In this document: positions 1 to 11,076 of the stretch, piece by piece
How positions within the stretch are numbered: position 1 is the first letter of the stretch
Layout: every line of letters starts with the position of its first letter
Origin: an uncultured delta proteobacterium
Lineage (GTDB): Bacteria > Desulfobacterota > Desulfuromonadia > Desulfuromonadales > JACZKF01
Reading direction: 5' to 3'
DNA: 64,000 nt
NCBI GenBank assembly: GCA_963816395.1
Contig: CAWFKQ010000007.1
Coordinates: 352,001-416,000 of the forward strand
The notes under the pieces: generated by a model
The model's input: only the letters and a program-made list of their open reading frames with translations
The model's database searches: none
Told to the model about the DNA's origin: nothing
Translations under genes and position numbers: made by a program

Positions 1-754
1 CACCCCGCAGAGTGCGCCGCGGTTTGAACTGGCTCTTGCCCTGGCGGCCCGTCATCGCTCCCTGCTGAGCGGCTGCTACCCGATTGCCGCACCGTATTTT
101 TCCAAACCCATCCAGACCGCCGAACTGAACGAGCGCAAGGCTGCCATGGCCGCCCGCGCTGCGGCCCGGCATGTGAGCCTCCACTGGGTAGAAAATGACG
201 ACTGGCGGACCACCCTGACCATTGCCGAGCAGTTGATCCTGCAGGCCTACTACGCGGACCTGGTGGTAATCGGCAAACCCGAGGCGTCGGCCGGTCCGCG
301 CACGGTCGCCGATCTTCCGGAAAAACTGGTGATGGGCTCCGGTACGCCGGTGCTGATCGCCCCGGCCCACGGGGGTTTCAATCTGACTCCTGAACGGATC
401 ATCGTCGCCTGGCGGGCTGGGCGGGCGTCCGTCCGTTCCCTGCGCGATGCCCTGCCGCTGCTGCAGCAGGCGAGCCACGTCAAGATCCTCAACCTGGCCT
501 CCGGTGCCGCGCAGCAGGCCGAGGACGAACGCTCCCTCGACCAGCTCTGCCGGCATCTGGCACGCCACGGCGTCGAGGCGGAGGCCGAACGGCTGGTGGC
601 GGCGGGCATCGGCATGGGGGATGCGCTGCTCAACCGGGCAGTGGACGAGAGTGCCGATCTGCTGGTCGCCGGCGGTTTTTCCTACAAGCAGCCGATGCCG
701 GTCGCCGCCTACCTGGGCAAGCACACGACCATCCCGATCTTCATGTCGAACTGA
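1..754 (+). CDS. Universal stress protein (UspA family), 5'-truncated by window edge
   Basis: Frame is open from position 2 through the 146..754 ORF. Motifs ADLVVIG, GTPVLIAP, IIVAWRAGRAS.R.LRDALPLL, ADLLVAGGF and TTIPIFMSN are typical of tandem-domain USPs. Confidence 0.85.
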   Translation, partial: TPQSAPRFELALALAARHRSLLSGCYPIAAPYFSKPIQTAELNERKAAMAARAAARHVSLHWVENDDWRTTLTIAEQLILQAYYADLVVIGKPEASAGPRTVADLPEKLVMGSGTPVLIAPAHGGFNLTPERIIVAWRAGRASVRSLRDALPLLQQASHVKILNLASGAAQQAEDERSLDQLCRHLARHGVEAEAERLVAAGIGMGDALLNRAVDESADLLVAGGFSYKQPMPVAAYLGKHTTIPIFMSN

Positions 755-785
755 TTCCAGGACAATTCAAACGAGGAGAGCTTCG

Positions 786-1568
786 ATGAATTTCGAGAAC
801 CTGCTTTGCAAATGCAGCGAAAGAATTGCCGTCGTCACCATCAACCGGCCGCGCGCCCTCAACTCCCTCAACAGCGAGACCCTCAGGGAACTGCTCAGCC
901 TTTTCGAGGGGCTGCGCGATGATGCCGAAGTCGATGTGGTTATCCTGACCGGGGCGGGAAGCAAGTCGTTCGTCGCCGGAGCGGATATCGCCGCCATGCA
1001 GCCACTCGACCCCTTGGCCGGGCGCGCGTTCGCCCGCCTCGGCCACCAGGTCCTCAACGCCATTGAAAAACTCCCCCAGCCGGTCATCGCCGCGGTCAAC
1101 GGTTTTGCCCTGGGCGGTGGCTGCGAGCTGGCCATGGCCTGCGACATTCGCCTGGCCAGCGAAAACGCCAGGTTCGGCCAGCCGGAGGTGAATCTCGGTA
1201 TCATCCCCGGTTTCGGCGGCACTCAGCGGCTGCCGCGGCTGGTCGGCAAGGGGCGCGCCAAGGAGATCATCTTCACCGGTGAGATACTCGACGCCGCCGA
1301 GGCCTGCCGGATCGGCCTGGTCAACCGGGTGGTGCCGGCCGACGATTTGCTGGAGACGGCCAGGGCACTCGCGGCCAAGATCGTTTCCCGAGGGCAGTTC
1401 GCGGTACGCATGGCCAAGGAGGCGATCGACAACGGCCTGGAGCTGGATGTCGACCGGGCGGGCAACTACGAGACGGAACTGTTCGGGCTCTGTTTCGCCA
1501 GCGCCGACCAGAAGGAGGGGATGGCGGCCTTTCTTGAGAAGCGTCCCGCCGTCTTCAAGGGATGCTGA
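786..1568 (+). CDS. Enoyl-CoA hydratase / crotonase
   Basis: RBS GAGGAG before ATG 786. Motifs FVAGADI, AVNGFALGGGCELAMACDIR, FGQPEVNLGIIPGFGGTQRLPRLVG. Confidence 0.95.
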   Translation: MNFENLLCKCSERIAVVTINRPRALNSLNSETLRELLSLFEGLRDDAEVDVVILTGAGSKSFVAGADIAAMQPLDPLAGRAFARLGHQVLNAIEKLPQPVIAAVNGFALGGGCELAMACDIRLASENARFGQPEVNLGIIPGFGGTQRLPRLVGKGRAKEIIFTGEILDAAEACRIGLVNRVVPADDLLETARALAAKIVSRGQFAVRMAKEAIDNGLELDVDRAGNYETELFGLCFASADQKEGMAAFLEKRPAVFKGC

Positions 1569-1582
1569 AAGGGTGAGCCGGA

Positions 1583-2740
1583 ATGAATCTCGACCTGACT
1601 GAAGAGCAGAAACTGATCCAGCAGACCGCGCGCGAATTCGCCGCCGCCGAACTGGCGCCGGTAGCCGCCCCGCTCGACCGCGGCGAACAGCAGGAGATCT
1701 TTTTCGCCAACCTGCGCAAGCTGGCCGAACTCGGCTTCATGGGGCTCAATATCCGCGAAGAATATGGCGGCGCCGAGGCCGGAGTGGTCGCCTTCAGCGT
1801 CGCCCTGACGGAAATCGCGCGGGCCTGCGCCTCGACGGCCGTGACCGTCTCGGTCAACAACATGGTCGCCGAGGTGATCCAGGCGGTCGGCAGCGAGCAA
1901 CAGCGGCGAACCTACATCCCGCGCCTCTGTTCCGGCCAGTACCTGGCCGGGGCGTTCGCCCTGACCGAGGTCGGGGCCGGCTCCGACCCGGCCGGAATGA
2001 CCACCACCGCCGTGCGCCATGGTGACCAGTGGGTGCTCAACGGCAGTAAGATCTTCATCACCAGCGCCCCCTATGCCGGCCTCTTCGTGGTCTGGGCGGT
2101 CACCGACCGCGACGCGCCGAAGGGGAAAGGGATCAGCTGCTTCCTGGTCGAGGCCGGCACTCCGGGGTGCCTGGTCGGTAAAGTCGAAGAAAAGATGGGG
2201 CAGCATGCCTCGGCAACCACTGAGCTGCTGTTCCAGGACTGCCGGCTGCCGGCAAGCGCCCTGATGGGAAGGCTCAACGACGGTTTCCGGATCGCGGTGG
2301 GAGAGCTGGCCGGCGGCCGCATCGGCATCGGCTCCCTCGCCCTCGGCGTCGGCTTGGCGGCGATGGACAGCGCCACCGGCTACGCCCTGCAGCGCAAGCA
2401 GTTCGGACAGCCGATCGCCGATTTCCAGGCCATCCAGTGGAAGATCGCCGATGCCTATACCGAGCTCGAAGCCGCCCGCCTGCTGCTGATGAACGCCGCC
2501 TTCCGCAAGGAACGAGGCAGATCATTCGCCAAGGAGGCGTCGATGGCCAAGCTGTTCGCCTCCGAGGCGGCTAACCGCGCCTGCTACGAAGCCATGCAGA
2601 TCCATGGCGGCTATGGCTATACCACCGAGTTCCCGGTCGAGCGCTATGCCCGCGACGCGCGGGTCACCACCATCTACGAGGGGACCAGCGAGATCCAGCG
2701 GCTGATCATCGCCCGGGAGATCCTGCGCGGATTTACTTGA
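1583..2740 (+). CDS. Acyl-CoA dehydrogenase (short/branched-chain type)
   Basis: Motifs [46 protein letters not shown]. Confidence 0.95.
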   Translation: MNLDLTEEQKLIQQTAREFAAAELAPVAAPLDRGEQQEIFFANLRKLAELGFMGLNIREEYGGAEAGVVAFSVALTEIARACASTAVTVSVNNMVAEVIQAVGSEQQRRTYIPRLCSGQYLAGAFALTEVGAGSDPAGMTTTAVRHGDQWVLNGSKIFITSAPYAGLFVVWAVTDRDAPKGKGISCFLVEAGTPGCLVGKVEEKMGQHASATTELLFQDCRLPASALMGRLNDGFRIAVGELAGGRIGIGSLALGVGLAAMDSATGYALQRKQFGQPIADFQAIQWKIADAYTELEAARLLLMNAAFRKERGRSFAKEASMAKLFASEAANRACYEAMQIHGGYGYTTEFPVERYARDARVTTIYEGTSEIQRLIIAREILRGFT

Positions 2741-2759
2741 ACCTTAAAACGGCAATCAG

Positions 2760-2876
2760 CCACGGATAAGATCTGATAAAATCTGACAAATCAAAGACAT
2801 ATGCCTTCTCCATTACCTTATTTTATTCTATTCTTCAAGTCCTTGAACAATCCGAATTGATCAGATTTGATCCGTG
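2760..2876. repeat. AT-rich inverted-repeat (MITE-like) element between the two acyl-CoA dehydrogenase genes
   Basis: Left CACGGATAAGATCTGATAAAATCTGA, right TCAGATTTGATCCGTG: complementary ends built from ~10-nt units around an AT-rich core. Confidence 0.55.
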
Positions 2877-2927
2877 TGCAAATGCACTTTCTAGGTTGAA
2901 ACATTCCCACCAACATACGGAGGCAGT

Positions 2928-4075
2928 ATGCACTTTGAACTGAGCGACGAACACAAGCTGATGCGGGAGATGGTGCGTAGCTTTGCCGAAGCCGAAATCG
3001 CGCCGTCAGCGGCCGAGCGTGACGAGAATGAACGCTTTGACCGCGAGCTGATGCACGACAGGCTTGGCGAACTCGGCCTGACCGGCGTCGTCTTCCCCGA
3101 GGAATACGGCGGGGCCGGGGCCGATTACCTGAGCTACGCGATCGCCGTCGAAGAACTCTCACGGGTTTGCGCCTCTACCGGGGTAACCCTTTCGGCCCAC
3201 CTGTCGCTGGGAGCCAACCCGATCTTCATGTTCGGCACCGAGGAGCAGAAGCAGAAGTATCTTAAGCCGCTCGCCGTTGGCAGCAAGCTCGGCGCCTTCG
3301 GTCTCACCGAGCCGACCGCCGGCTCCGATGCCGGCGGCACTCGTACCACTGCGACCCGCGACGGCGACTCCTGGGTGCTCAACGGCAGCAAGATCTTTAT
3401 CACCAACGGCGGCTGCGCCGAGACCTACATCGTTTTTGCCCGCAGCGACAAGACCGCGGAAAAACACCACGGCATCAGCGCCTTTATCGTCGAGAAGGAC
3501 ACCCCCGGCTTCACCTTCGGCAAGAAGGAAAAGAAGATGGGCATCCGCTCCTCACCGACCTGCGAACTGGTCTTTGACAACTGCCGGATTCCGCGGGAGA
3601 ACCTGCTCGGCCAGGAGGGTTCGGGATTCAAGGTCGCCATGAAGACCCTCGACGGCGGCCGCATCGGCATCGCCTCCCAGGCGCTCGGCATCGCCCAGGG
3701 CGCCTACGAGGCGGCCCTCAATTATGCCCGCGAGCGCAAGCAGTTCGACCAGCCGATCAGCAGCTTTCAGGCTATCCAGTTCATGCTGGCCGACATGGCC
3801 CTGGCCATCGAAGCCTCGCGCCTGCTGATCTATCAGTCGGCTTACCGGGCAAGCGCCGGCCTGTCCTACGGCAAGGAGTCGGCCATGGCCAAGCTGTCGG
3901 CCTCGGAGACGGCCATGCAGGTGACCACCAAGGCGGTGCAGATCTTTGGCGGCTATGGTTTACCCGCGAGTTCCCGGTCGAGCGGATGATGCGCGACGCC
4001 AAAATCACCGAGATTTACGAGGGGACCAGCGAGGTGCAGCGCCTGGTCATCGGCACCGCTGTGCTGCGCGGCTGA
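2928..4075 (+). CDS. Acyl-CoA dehydrogenase (butyryl-CoA dehydrogenase-like), one-base frameshift near 3960
   Basis: ORF 2928..3989 has all ACAD motifs. After GGYG the conserved tail [31 protein letters not shown] continues in another frame to TGA 4073-4075. One T appears missing from a T run. Confidence 0.92.
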
Positions 4076-4132
4076 GCCTCCCAGCGGGGCTACGAATGTA
4101 GACCCTGTAAACAGCAGGGCCAGAAGCATCGA

Positions 4133-4185
4133 CCGTCGCCCTGTGCCACTCCGCTGCTGAGACGGGGAGGGCGCAGGGCGACGGC
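4133..4185. terminator. GC-rich stem-loop downstream of the ACAD gene
   Basis: CCGTCGCCCTGTGCC ... GGCGCAGGGCGACGG inverted repeat. No clear U-tract. Confidence 0.4.
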
Positions 4186-4312
4186 GTCTCGATTGGTTAA
4201 CACTCTCCCTCCGCGAACCGCTCCCCTCCCCTCCCCTCACTTTATGCAAAAGAGACATTATTCCAGCATCTTACCTCCGATGTCGTGGTCGATTGAGGCG
4301 AATAGAGGGGTT

Positions 4313-4328
4313 TGGCATCTGGCTTGCA
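4313..4328 (+). promoter_or_regulatory. Sigma54 (RpoN) -24/-12 promoter of the liu operon
   Basis: TGGCATCTGGCTTGCA, exact GG-N10-GC spacing, ~60 nt upstream of the liuA start. Confidence 0.7.
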
Positions 4329-4389
4329 CAATCTCCAATAACAACGCCTGGCCGGTAGACCTCGAACGATGGAAGGGATGGAGATGAAA

Positions 4390-5559
4390 ATGAACGCTTA
4401 CCCGCTGCTCCAGTTCGACCTCGGCGACACCGCCGCCCTGCTGCGTGAAACGGTCCGTAACTTTGCCGCTGACGAGATTGCGCCCCGGGCCGCCGACATC
4501 GATCGCGAGAACCTGTTTCCCGCTGGTCTGTGGCGCAAGATGGGCGATCTCGGCCTGCTCGGAATTACCGTCGAGGAGGAGTTCGGCGGGGCGGGAATGA
4601 GTTACCTCGACCACATTATCGTCATGGAGGAGATCAGCCGCGCCTCGGCTTCGGTAGGGCTGAGCTACGGCGCCCATTCCAACCTCTGTGTCAACCAGAT
4701 CCGTCGCAACGGCACCCGGGAGCAGAAGCGGCGCTATCTGCCCAGGCTGATCAGCGGCGAGCATGTCGGCGCCCTGGCCATGAGCGAATCGGGCGCCGGT
4801 TCGGACGTGGTAAGCATGCGCCTGCGCGCCGACCGGCACGGCAACCAATACGTTCTCAATGGCAGCAAAATGTGGATCACCAACGGTCCAGAGGCCAACG
4901 TGCTGGTGGTCTACGCCAAGACCGACCTGGAGGCCGGTCCCCAAGGTATCACTGCCTTTCTGGTGGAGAAAGGCTACCCGGGCTTCTCCCCTGGGCAGAA
5001 GCTCGACAAACTCGGCATGCGCGGCTCGAATACCTGCGAGCTGGTCTTCGAGGATTGCGCGGTGCCCATGGAGAACGTGCTCGGCGAGGTCGGCAAGGGA
5101 GTGCAGGTGCTCATGAGCGGCCTTGATTACGAGCGGCTGGTCCTCGCCGGCGGACCGCTTGGAATCATGGCGGCGTGCATGGACGTGGTGATCCCCTATA
5201 TCCACGAACGCAAGCAGTTCGGGCGGCCGATCGGCGAGTTCCAGCTGATTCAGGGGAAACTCGCCGACATGTACACGACTCTGAACGCCTGCAAGGCCTA
5301 CATCTACGCGGTAGCCCAGACCGCCGTCCCTGGTCGCAACATTCGCAAGGATGCCGCCGGGGTGATTCTCTATCTGGCGGAAAAAGCGACTTGGATGGCT
5401 CTCGAGGCGATTCAGTGCCTCGGCGGCAACGGCTACACCAACGAGTACCCGACCGGCCGTCTGCTGCGCGACGCCAAGCTCTACGAGATCGGCGCCGGCA
5501 CCAGTGAAATCCGCCGCATGCTGATCGGCCGCGAGCTGTTCATGGAGACGGCCCACTGA
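4390..5559 (+). CDS. liuA: Isovaleryl-CoA dehydrogenase
   Basis: Motifs [54 protein letters not shown]. First gene of the liu cluster. Start could also be 4369 or 4384. Confidence 0.95.
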   Translation: MNAYPLLQFDLGDTAALLRETVRNFAADEIAPRAADIDRENLFPAGLWRKMGDLGLLGITVEEEFGGAGMSYLDHIIVMEEISRASASVGLSYGAHSNLCVNQIRRNGTREQKRRYLPRLISGEHVGALAMSESGAGSDVVSMRLRADRHGNQYVLNGSKMWITNGPEANVLVVYAKTDLEAGPQGITAFLVEKGYPGFSPGQKLDKLGMRGSNTCELVFEDCAVPMENVLGEVGKGVQVLMSGLDYERLVLAGGPLGIMAACMDVVIPYIHERKQFGRPIGEFQLIQGKLADMYTTLNACKAYIYAVAQTAVPGRNIRKDAAGVILYLAEKATWMALEAIQCLGGNGYTNEYPTGRLLRDAKLYEIGAGTSEIRRMLIGRELFMETAH

Positions 5560-5610
5560 ACCCGTGCCCTGCGGAGCGCCCGACCGCAATGGAAAGAGAC
5601 CTGAGAGACG

Positions 5611-7218
5611 ATGAGTGTTCTGAAGACTTCCCTCGATAGCCACTCCGCAGAGTTTCAGCGCAACGCCGCCACGCTGCAGGAGATGGTCAGCGACCTGCGC
5701 AGCAAGATCGACCGGATCGTTCAGGGCGGCGGCGAGCAGGCAAGCGCCAAGCATGTCGCCCGGGGCAAGCTGCTGCCGCGCGAGCGGATCCGTCAGTTGC
5801 TCGATGTCGGCTCACCGTTTCTCGAACTCTCCCAGTTCGCCGCCTACCAGGTCTTCAAGGAGGAGGTGCCGGCGGCCGGGGTGATCACCGGCATCGGTCG
5901 GGTCAGCGGCCAGGAGTGCATGATCGTCGCCAACGACGCCACGGTCAAGGGGGGCAGCTACTACCCGCTGACGGTCAAAAAACACCTGCGCGCCCAGGAG
6001 ATCGCCGGCGAGAACCACCTCCCCTGTATCTACCTGGTCGATTCCGGCGGCGCCTTCCTGTCGAAGCAGGACGAGGTCTTTCCCGACCGCGACCATTTCG
6101 GCCGCATCTTCTACAACCAGGCGATCCTCTCGGCGCGCGGCATTCCGCAGATCGCCGTGGTGATGGGCTCGTGCACGGCCGGCGGCGCCTACGTGCCGGC
6201 GATGGCCGACGAGAGCATCATCGTCCGCAACCAGGGGACGATCTTTCTCGGCGGTCCGCCGCTGGTCAAGGCAGCCATCGGCGAGGTGGTCAGCGCCGAG
6301 GAACTCGGCGGCGCCGACGTCCACTGCCGCACCTCGGGAGTCACCGACCACTACGCCGAGAACGACAGCCACGCTCTGGCGCTGGCGCGGCGCATCGTCG
6401 CCAATCTCAACCGGGTCAAGCACCCCGGCCTGACGCTGCGCCCGGTACAGGAGCCGCTCTACGACCCGCAGGAACTCTACGGGGTGATCCCGGCCGATCC
6501 GCGCAAGCCCTATGACGTGCGCGAGGTGATCGCCCGCATCGTCGACGGCTCGGAGTTCGACGAGTTCAAGAGGCTCTACGGGACCACCCTGGTCTGCGGT
6601 TTCGCCCACATTTTCGGCTATCCGGTGGGGATCGTCGCCAATAACGGCATTCTCTTCTCCGAATCGGCGCTCAAAGGGGCACATTTCATTCAGCTCTGCA
6701 GCCAGCGCGGCATCCCGCTGGTGTTTCTGCAGAACGTCACCGGCTTCATGGTCGGCAGCAAGTACGAGCAGGGGGGGATTGCCAAGGACGGCGCCAAGAT
6801 GGTGACCGCGGTCGCCTGCGCCCGGGTGCCCAAGTTTACCGTACTGATCGGCGGCAGCTTCGGCGCCGGCAATTATGGCATGTGCGGCCGCGCCTACAGC
6901 CCGCGGCTGCTCTGGATATGGCCCAACGCGCGGATCTCGGTCATGGGGGGTGAACAGGCCGCCAATGTGCTCGCCCAGGTCAAGCGCGACAGTCTCGAAG
7001 CCAGGGGGCAGAACTGGAGTGCCGAGGAGGAGGCGTCCTTCAAAAAACCGATCTACGCGCAGTACGAGCATCAGGGACACCCCTACTACGCCAGCGCCCG
7101 GCTCTGGGACGACGGCATCATCAACCCGACCGATACCCGCATGGTGCTCGGCCTCGGGATCTCAGCGGCGCTCAATGCGCCGATCGAGCCGACTACTTTC
7201 GGCATTTTCAGGATGTGA
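5611..7218 (+). CDS. liuB: 3-methylcrotonyl-CoA carboxylase beta (carboxyltransferase) subunit
   Basis: Motifs [48 protein letters not shown]-terminal FGIFRM. Confidence 0.95.
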   Translation: MSVLKTSLDSHSAEFQRNAATLQEMVSDLRSKIDRIVQGGGEQASAKHVARGKLLPRERIRQLLDVGSPFLELSQFAAYQVFKEEVPAAGVITGIGRVSGQECMIVANDATVKGGSYYPLTVKKHLRAQEIAGENHLPCIYLVDSGGAFLSKQDEVFPDRDHFGRIFYNQAILSARGIPQIAVVMGSCTAGGAYVPAMADESIIVRNQGTIFLGGPPLVKAAIGEVVSAEELGGADVHCRTSGVTDHYAENDSHALALARRIVANLNRVKHPGLTLRPVQEPLYDPQELYGVIPADPRKPYDVREVIARIVDGSEFDEFKRLYGTTLVCGFAHIFGYPVGIVANNGILFSESALKGAHFIQLCSQRGIPLVFLQNVTGFMVGSKYEQGGIAKDGAKMVTAVACARVPKFTVLIGGSFGAGNYGMCGRAYSPRLLWIWPNARISVMGGEQAANVLAQVKRDSLEARGQNWSAEEEASFKKPIYAQYEHQGHPYYASARLWDDGIINPTDTRMVLGLGISAALNAPIEPTTFGIFRM

Positions 7219-7221
7219 CCG

Positions 7222-8022
7222 ATGAGTGCAGCGATTCTTTTGAGCGATATCGAGGCCTGTGGCATCGCCACAGTCACCCTCAACCGCCCGGAGATGCACA
7301 ACGCCTTCGACGATTCGTTGATCCCCTTGCTGAAGAAGGAACTGCGCCGTCTGGAAAGCGATCCGCGGGTGCGCGTGGTGCTGCTTGCCGGCAGCGGCAA
7401 GAGTTTCTCCGCCGGGGCCGACCTCCACTGGATGCAGCGGATGGCGGGTTATTCGCCCCAGCAGAACCTCGACGATGCTCTCGATCTGGCGGAGCTGATG
7501 CTGATCCTCGACCGTTTGGCCAAACCGACCATCGCCCTGGTCCAGGGCGCGGCCATCGGCGGCGGGGTCGGCCTGGCCGCCGCCTGCGATATCGTCCTGG
7601 CGAGCGAGTCGGCGAGCTTCTGCCTTTCCGAGGTCAGGCTCGGGCTGATCCCGGCGGTGATCTCCCCCTACGTGGTGCGGGCGATGGGGGGACGGGCCGC
7701 GCGCCGCTACTTTCTCACCGCGGAACGTTTCAGCGCCGCCGAAGCGCTGCGCTGCGGCCTGGTTCACGAACTGGTGCCGGCCGCCGGGCTGGTTCAGCGG
7801 GGCCGGGAACTGGCCGGACGGCTGCTGCAGAATGCTCCCGGCGCGCAGGCCGCCGCCAAGCAGCTTATCCGGAAGGTCGAGGCTCCGCTCGACGAGACCC
7901 TGATACAGCTCACCGCCGAGTGGATTGCCGAGCTGCGCTCCGCCCCCGAGGGACGCGAAGGGGTCGGCGCCTTCCTGGAAAAGCGTCAACCCGCATGGGC
8001 CAGAGGATCTGAAGATGTTTAG
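7222..8022 (+). CDS. liuC: Methylglutaconyl-CoA hydratase (crotonase family)
   Basis: Motifs HNAFDD, SFSAGADL, LSEVRLGLIPAVISPYV. Lies between the two MCC subunits. Confidence 0.9.
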   Translation: MSAAILLSDIEACGIATVTLNRPEMHNAFDDSLIPLLKKELRRLESDPRVRVVLLAGSGKSFSAGADLHWMQRMAGYSPQQNLDDALDLAELMLILDRLAKPTIALVQGAAIGGGVGLAAACDIVLASESASFCLSEVRLGLIPAVISPYVVRAMGGRAARRYFLTAERFSAAEALRCGLVHELVPAAGLVQRGRELAGRLLQNAPGAQAAAKQLIRKVEAPLDETLIQLTAEWIAELRSAPEGREGVGAFLEKRQPAWARGSEDV

Positions 8023-10021
8023 CAAACTGCTGATTGCCAACCGCGGCGAAATCGCCTGCCGCATTATCCGCACCGCCCGGCGGCTGGGAATCCGCACTGT
8101 CGCGGTCTATTCCGATGCCGACGCCGGCGCTTTGCACGTGAGCCTCGCTGACGAGGCCTGCCACATCGGTCCGGCCCCGGCCCGCGACAGCTATCTATGC
8201 GCCGGGGCGATCCTGCAAGCCGCGCTGCAGTGCGGCGCCGAGGCCGTCCATCCGGGTTACGGATTCCTGGCTGAAAACGCCGGATTCGCCGAGGGCTGCC
8301 TCGCGGCCGGGCTGACCTTCGTCGGCCCGCCAGCGACAGCAATTGAGGCGATGGGCTCGAAAAGCGCGGCCAAGCAGATCATGGCCGCCGCCGGCGTACC
8401 GCTGGTTCCGGGTTATCACGGGGCAGAGCAGGACCTGCCGCAGCTCTATCAGGAGGCGCTGAAAATTGGGTTTCCGCTGCTGATCAAGGCGAGCGCCGGT
8501 GGCGGCGGCAAGGGGATGCGGGTGGTGGAGACGTCGGCAGCCTTCGCTGAGGCCCTTGCCGCAGCCCGGCGCGAGGCGGCTGCCGCTTTTGGTGACGAGA
8601 CGGTGCTGCTGGAAAAATACCTGGGACGCCCCCGCCACATCGAGATCCAGGTCTTTGCCGACAGCCACGGCAATGTCGTGCATCTGTTCGAACGCGATTG
8701 CTCGATCCAGCGTCGTCACCAGAAGGTCATCGAGGAGGCACCGGCGCCAGGTCTTTCCGCCGAACTGCGCGAGCAGATCGGTTCGGCAGCGACGGCGGCG
8801 GCTCGGGCGATCGGCTACGTCGGTGCCGGCACGGTGGAGTTTCTACTCGACGAGGACAACTCTTTCTATTTCATGGAGATGAACACCCGGTTGCAGGTAG
8901 AGCACCCGGTCACCGAAATGATCACCGGTCAGGACCTGGTCGAATGGCAGCTGGTGGTGGCAAATGGCGGCGAGCTCCCCTGCCGCCAGGAGGAGCTGTC
9001 GATCTGCGGCCATGCCATCGAGGCGCGCATCTACGCCGAGGATCCGGATCGCGAGTTCCTCCCCTCGACCGGCGTGCTGCGGCACCTGCGAACCCCGGCA
9101 CCCGGCCCCCACCTGCGCATTGATAGCGGCATCCGCGAGAAGGATGAGGTGAGCATCCATTACGATCCGATGCTCGCCAAGCTGATCGTCTGGGACCGGG
9201 ACCGTCGCGGGGCTCTGCGCCGCCTGCAGTCTGCGCTGGCTGATTACCAAGTGGTCGGTGTGACAACCAACCTGGGATTCCTCGCCTGCGTCGCCGCCCA
9301 TCCGGCGTTTTCGGCCGGTGCGGTCGATACCGGTTTCATCCCGCATTACCGCGCCGACCTGCTGCACACTCAGCAGCCGGCCTGCGAACAGGTGCTGGCC
9401 CTGGCGGGTCTCGCGACGCTGCTGGAGCGCAACGGCGATGCAGCACGGGCGGCGGCCAGTTCGGCCGATCCTTTTTCCCCCTGGCACCAGACCGGCGGCT
9501 GGAGACTCAACAGTGACAACCACCACCAGCTGCTGTTTCACGAAGGGGAGAAGGTTCATGAACTACTTGTCCACTACCGCCCCCTCGGTTACCTGATCGA
9601 ACTGCCAACGGGCCCGCTTCTGGTCAGCGGAAGTCTGGGCGAAGACGGCGAGTTGTTGGCAGACCTGGGGGGAAGCCGGGTGCGGGCGACGATCATTCGC
9701 CAAGGGAACGAACTGAGCATTCTCCGGTATGGCCGCAACCACCGGCTGGTGCTGCACGATCCGGCGCTTGTCGGCGGTGAGCAGGAAAGCGGTGACGGCA
9801 AACTGACGGCGCCGATGCCTGGAAAGGTGGTCAAGCTGCTGGTCGAGACCGGCAGCCATGTGCGGCGCGGGACGCCGCTGGTCATTCTCGAAGCGATGAA
9901 GATGGAGCACACAATCCAGGCCCCGGCGGATGGCACTGTCACCAGTATCCATTTCGGCCTCGGCGCCCTGGTCAACGAAGGGGCGCAACTGCTGGCATTT
10001 GAAGCCGAAAAAGGGGAATAG
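8015..10021 (+). CDS. liuD: 3-methylcrotonyl-CoA carboxylase alpha (biotin carboxylase + biotin carrier) subunit
   Basis: MFSKLLIANRGEIACR start, RDCSIQRRHQK, FMEMNTRLQVEHPVTE, biotinylation motif EAMKME. Confidence 0.95.
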   Translation: MFSKLLIANRGEIACRIIRTARRLGIRTVAVYSDADAGALHVSLADEACHIGPAPARDSYLCAGAILQAALQCGAEAVHPGYGFLAENAGFAEGCLAAGLTFVGPPATAIEAMGSKSAAKQIMAAAGVPLVPGYHGAEQDLPQLYQEALKIGFPLLIKASAGGGGKGMRVVETSAAFAEALAAARREAAAAFGDETVLLEKYLGRPRHIEIQVFADSHGNVVHLFERDCSIQRRHQKVIEEAPAPGLSAELREQIGSAATAAARAIGYVGAGTVEFLLDEDNSFYFMEMNTRLQVEHPVTEMITGQDLVEWQLVVANGGELPCRQEELSICGHAIEARIYAEDPDREFLPSTGVLRHLRTPAPGPHLRIDSGIREKDEVSIHYDPMLAKLIVWDRDRRGALRRLQSALADYQVVGVTTNLGFLACVAAHPAFSAGAVDTGFIPHYRADLLHTQQPACEQVLALAGLATLLERNGDAARAAASSADPFSPWHQTGGWRLNSDNHHQLLFHEGEKVHELLVHYRPLGYLIELPTGPLLVSGSLGEDGELLADLGGSRVRATIIRQGNELSILRYGRNHRLVLHDPALVGGEQESGDGKLTAPMPGKVVKLLVETGSHVRRGTPLVILEAMKMEHTIQAPADGTVTSIHFGLGALVNEGAQLLAFEAEKGE

Positions 10022-10022
10022 C

Positions 10023-10946
10023 ATGAGACTTCCCAAGCGGGTCAAAATCGTCGAGGTCGGGCCGCGCGACGGCCTGCAGAACGAATCGATCGTGGTCCCC
10101 ACCGAGATAAAGATCGCGCTGATCAACCGCCTGACCGCCACCGGCCTGGCGGCAATCGAGGCGGGAAGTTTCGTCTCGCCGAAATGGATTCCGCAGATGG
10201 CCGACAGCGCCAAAGTACTGGCCGGCATCACCCGCCAGCCGGGAGTGACCTACTCGGCACTGGCGCCCAACCTGCAGGGACTGCGGTGCGCCATCGCCGC
10301 CGGGATTGAGGAGATCGCGGTGTTCGGAGCCGCCTCGGAGACCTTCTCACGCAAAAACATCAACTGCTCGATTGCGGTCAGCCTCGACCGCTTTCACGAG
10401 GTCTGCACCCATGCGCGCCAGCGGGGGGTACGTGTGCGGGCCTATATCTCCTGCGTTCTCGGCTGCCCCTATGAGGGACCGGTCGATCCGGAAACCGTCG
10501 CCTGGATGGGGGGGCGCCTGATGGAGATGGGCTGCTACGAGATCTCGCTCGGCGATACCATCGGCGTCGGCACCCCGGGCAGGGCGCAGGCGATGGTCGA
10601 CGCAGTGGCGGAGAAGGTCCAGCGCGAGCGGCTGGCGGTGCATTTCCACGACACCTATGGCCAGGCACTGGCGAACATTCTGGCGGTCATGGAACGGGGG
10701 ATCGCGGTGATCGACAGTTCCCTGTCCGGCCTGGGCGGCTGTCCTTATGCCCCCGGCGCTTCCGGCAATGTCGCCAGTGAGGATCTGCTTTATATGCTCA
10801 AGGGGCTCGGTATCGAGACCGGCGTCGACCTGCCGGCCATGGTCGAGGCCGGGCGCTTCATCTTTGATTTCCTCGGCCGCCGCTCCGGCTCCAAGGTCGC
10901 CCTGGCGATGAAAAAGGATGCGGTGCGGGCGAGGCAACAGCATTAG
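10023..10946 (+). CDS. liuE: Hydroxymethylglutaryl-CoA lyase
   Basis: Motifs VEVGPRDGLQNE, HFHDTYGQA, GLGGCPYAPGASGN. Confidence 0.95.
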   Translation: MRLPKRVKIVEVGPRDGLQNESIVVPTEIKIALINRLTATGLAAIEAGSFVSPKWIPQMADSAKVLAGITRQPGVTYSALAPNLQGLRCAIAAGIEEIAVFGAASETFSRKNINCSIAVSLDRFHEVCTHARQRGVRVRAYISCVLGCPYEGPVDPETVAWMGGRLMEMGCYEISLGDTIGVGTPGRAQAMVDAVAEKVQRERLAVHFHDTYGQALANILAVMERGIAVIDSSLSGLGGCPYAPGASGNVASEDLLYMLKGLGIETGVDLPAMVEAGRFIFDFLGRRSGSKVALAMKKDAVRARQQH

Positions 10947-11076
10947 CAGGGGGATCGGGCGAATGCGAAGGCAACTTGAGAGGCAGCGAGCCTGTCATGG
11001 ACCACCAGAGAGACGGCCAGCAGCAGAACACTCAGTATTGAGATGGTCGGTTCCATTAAACTCACCTCCTTTCTAG

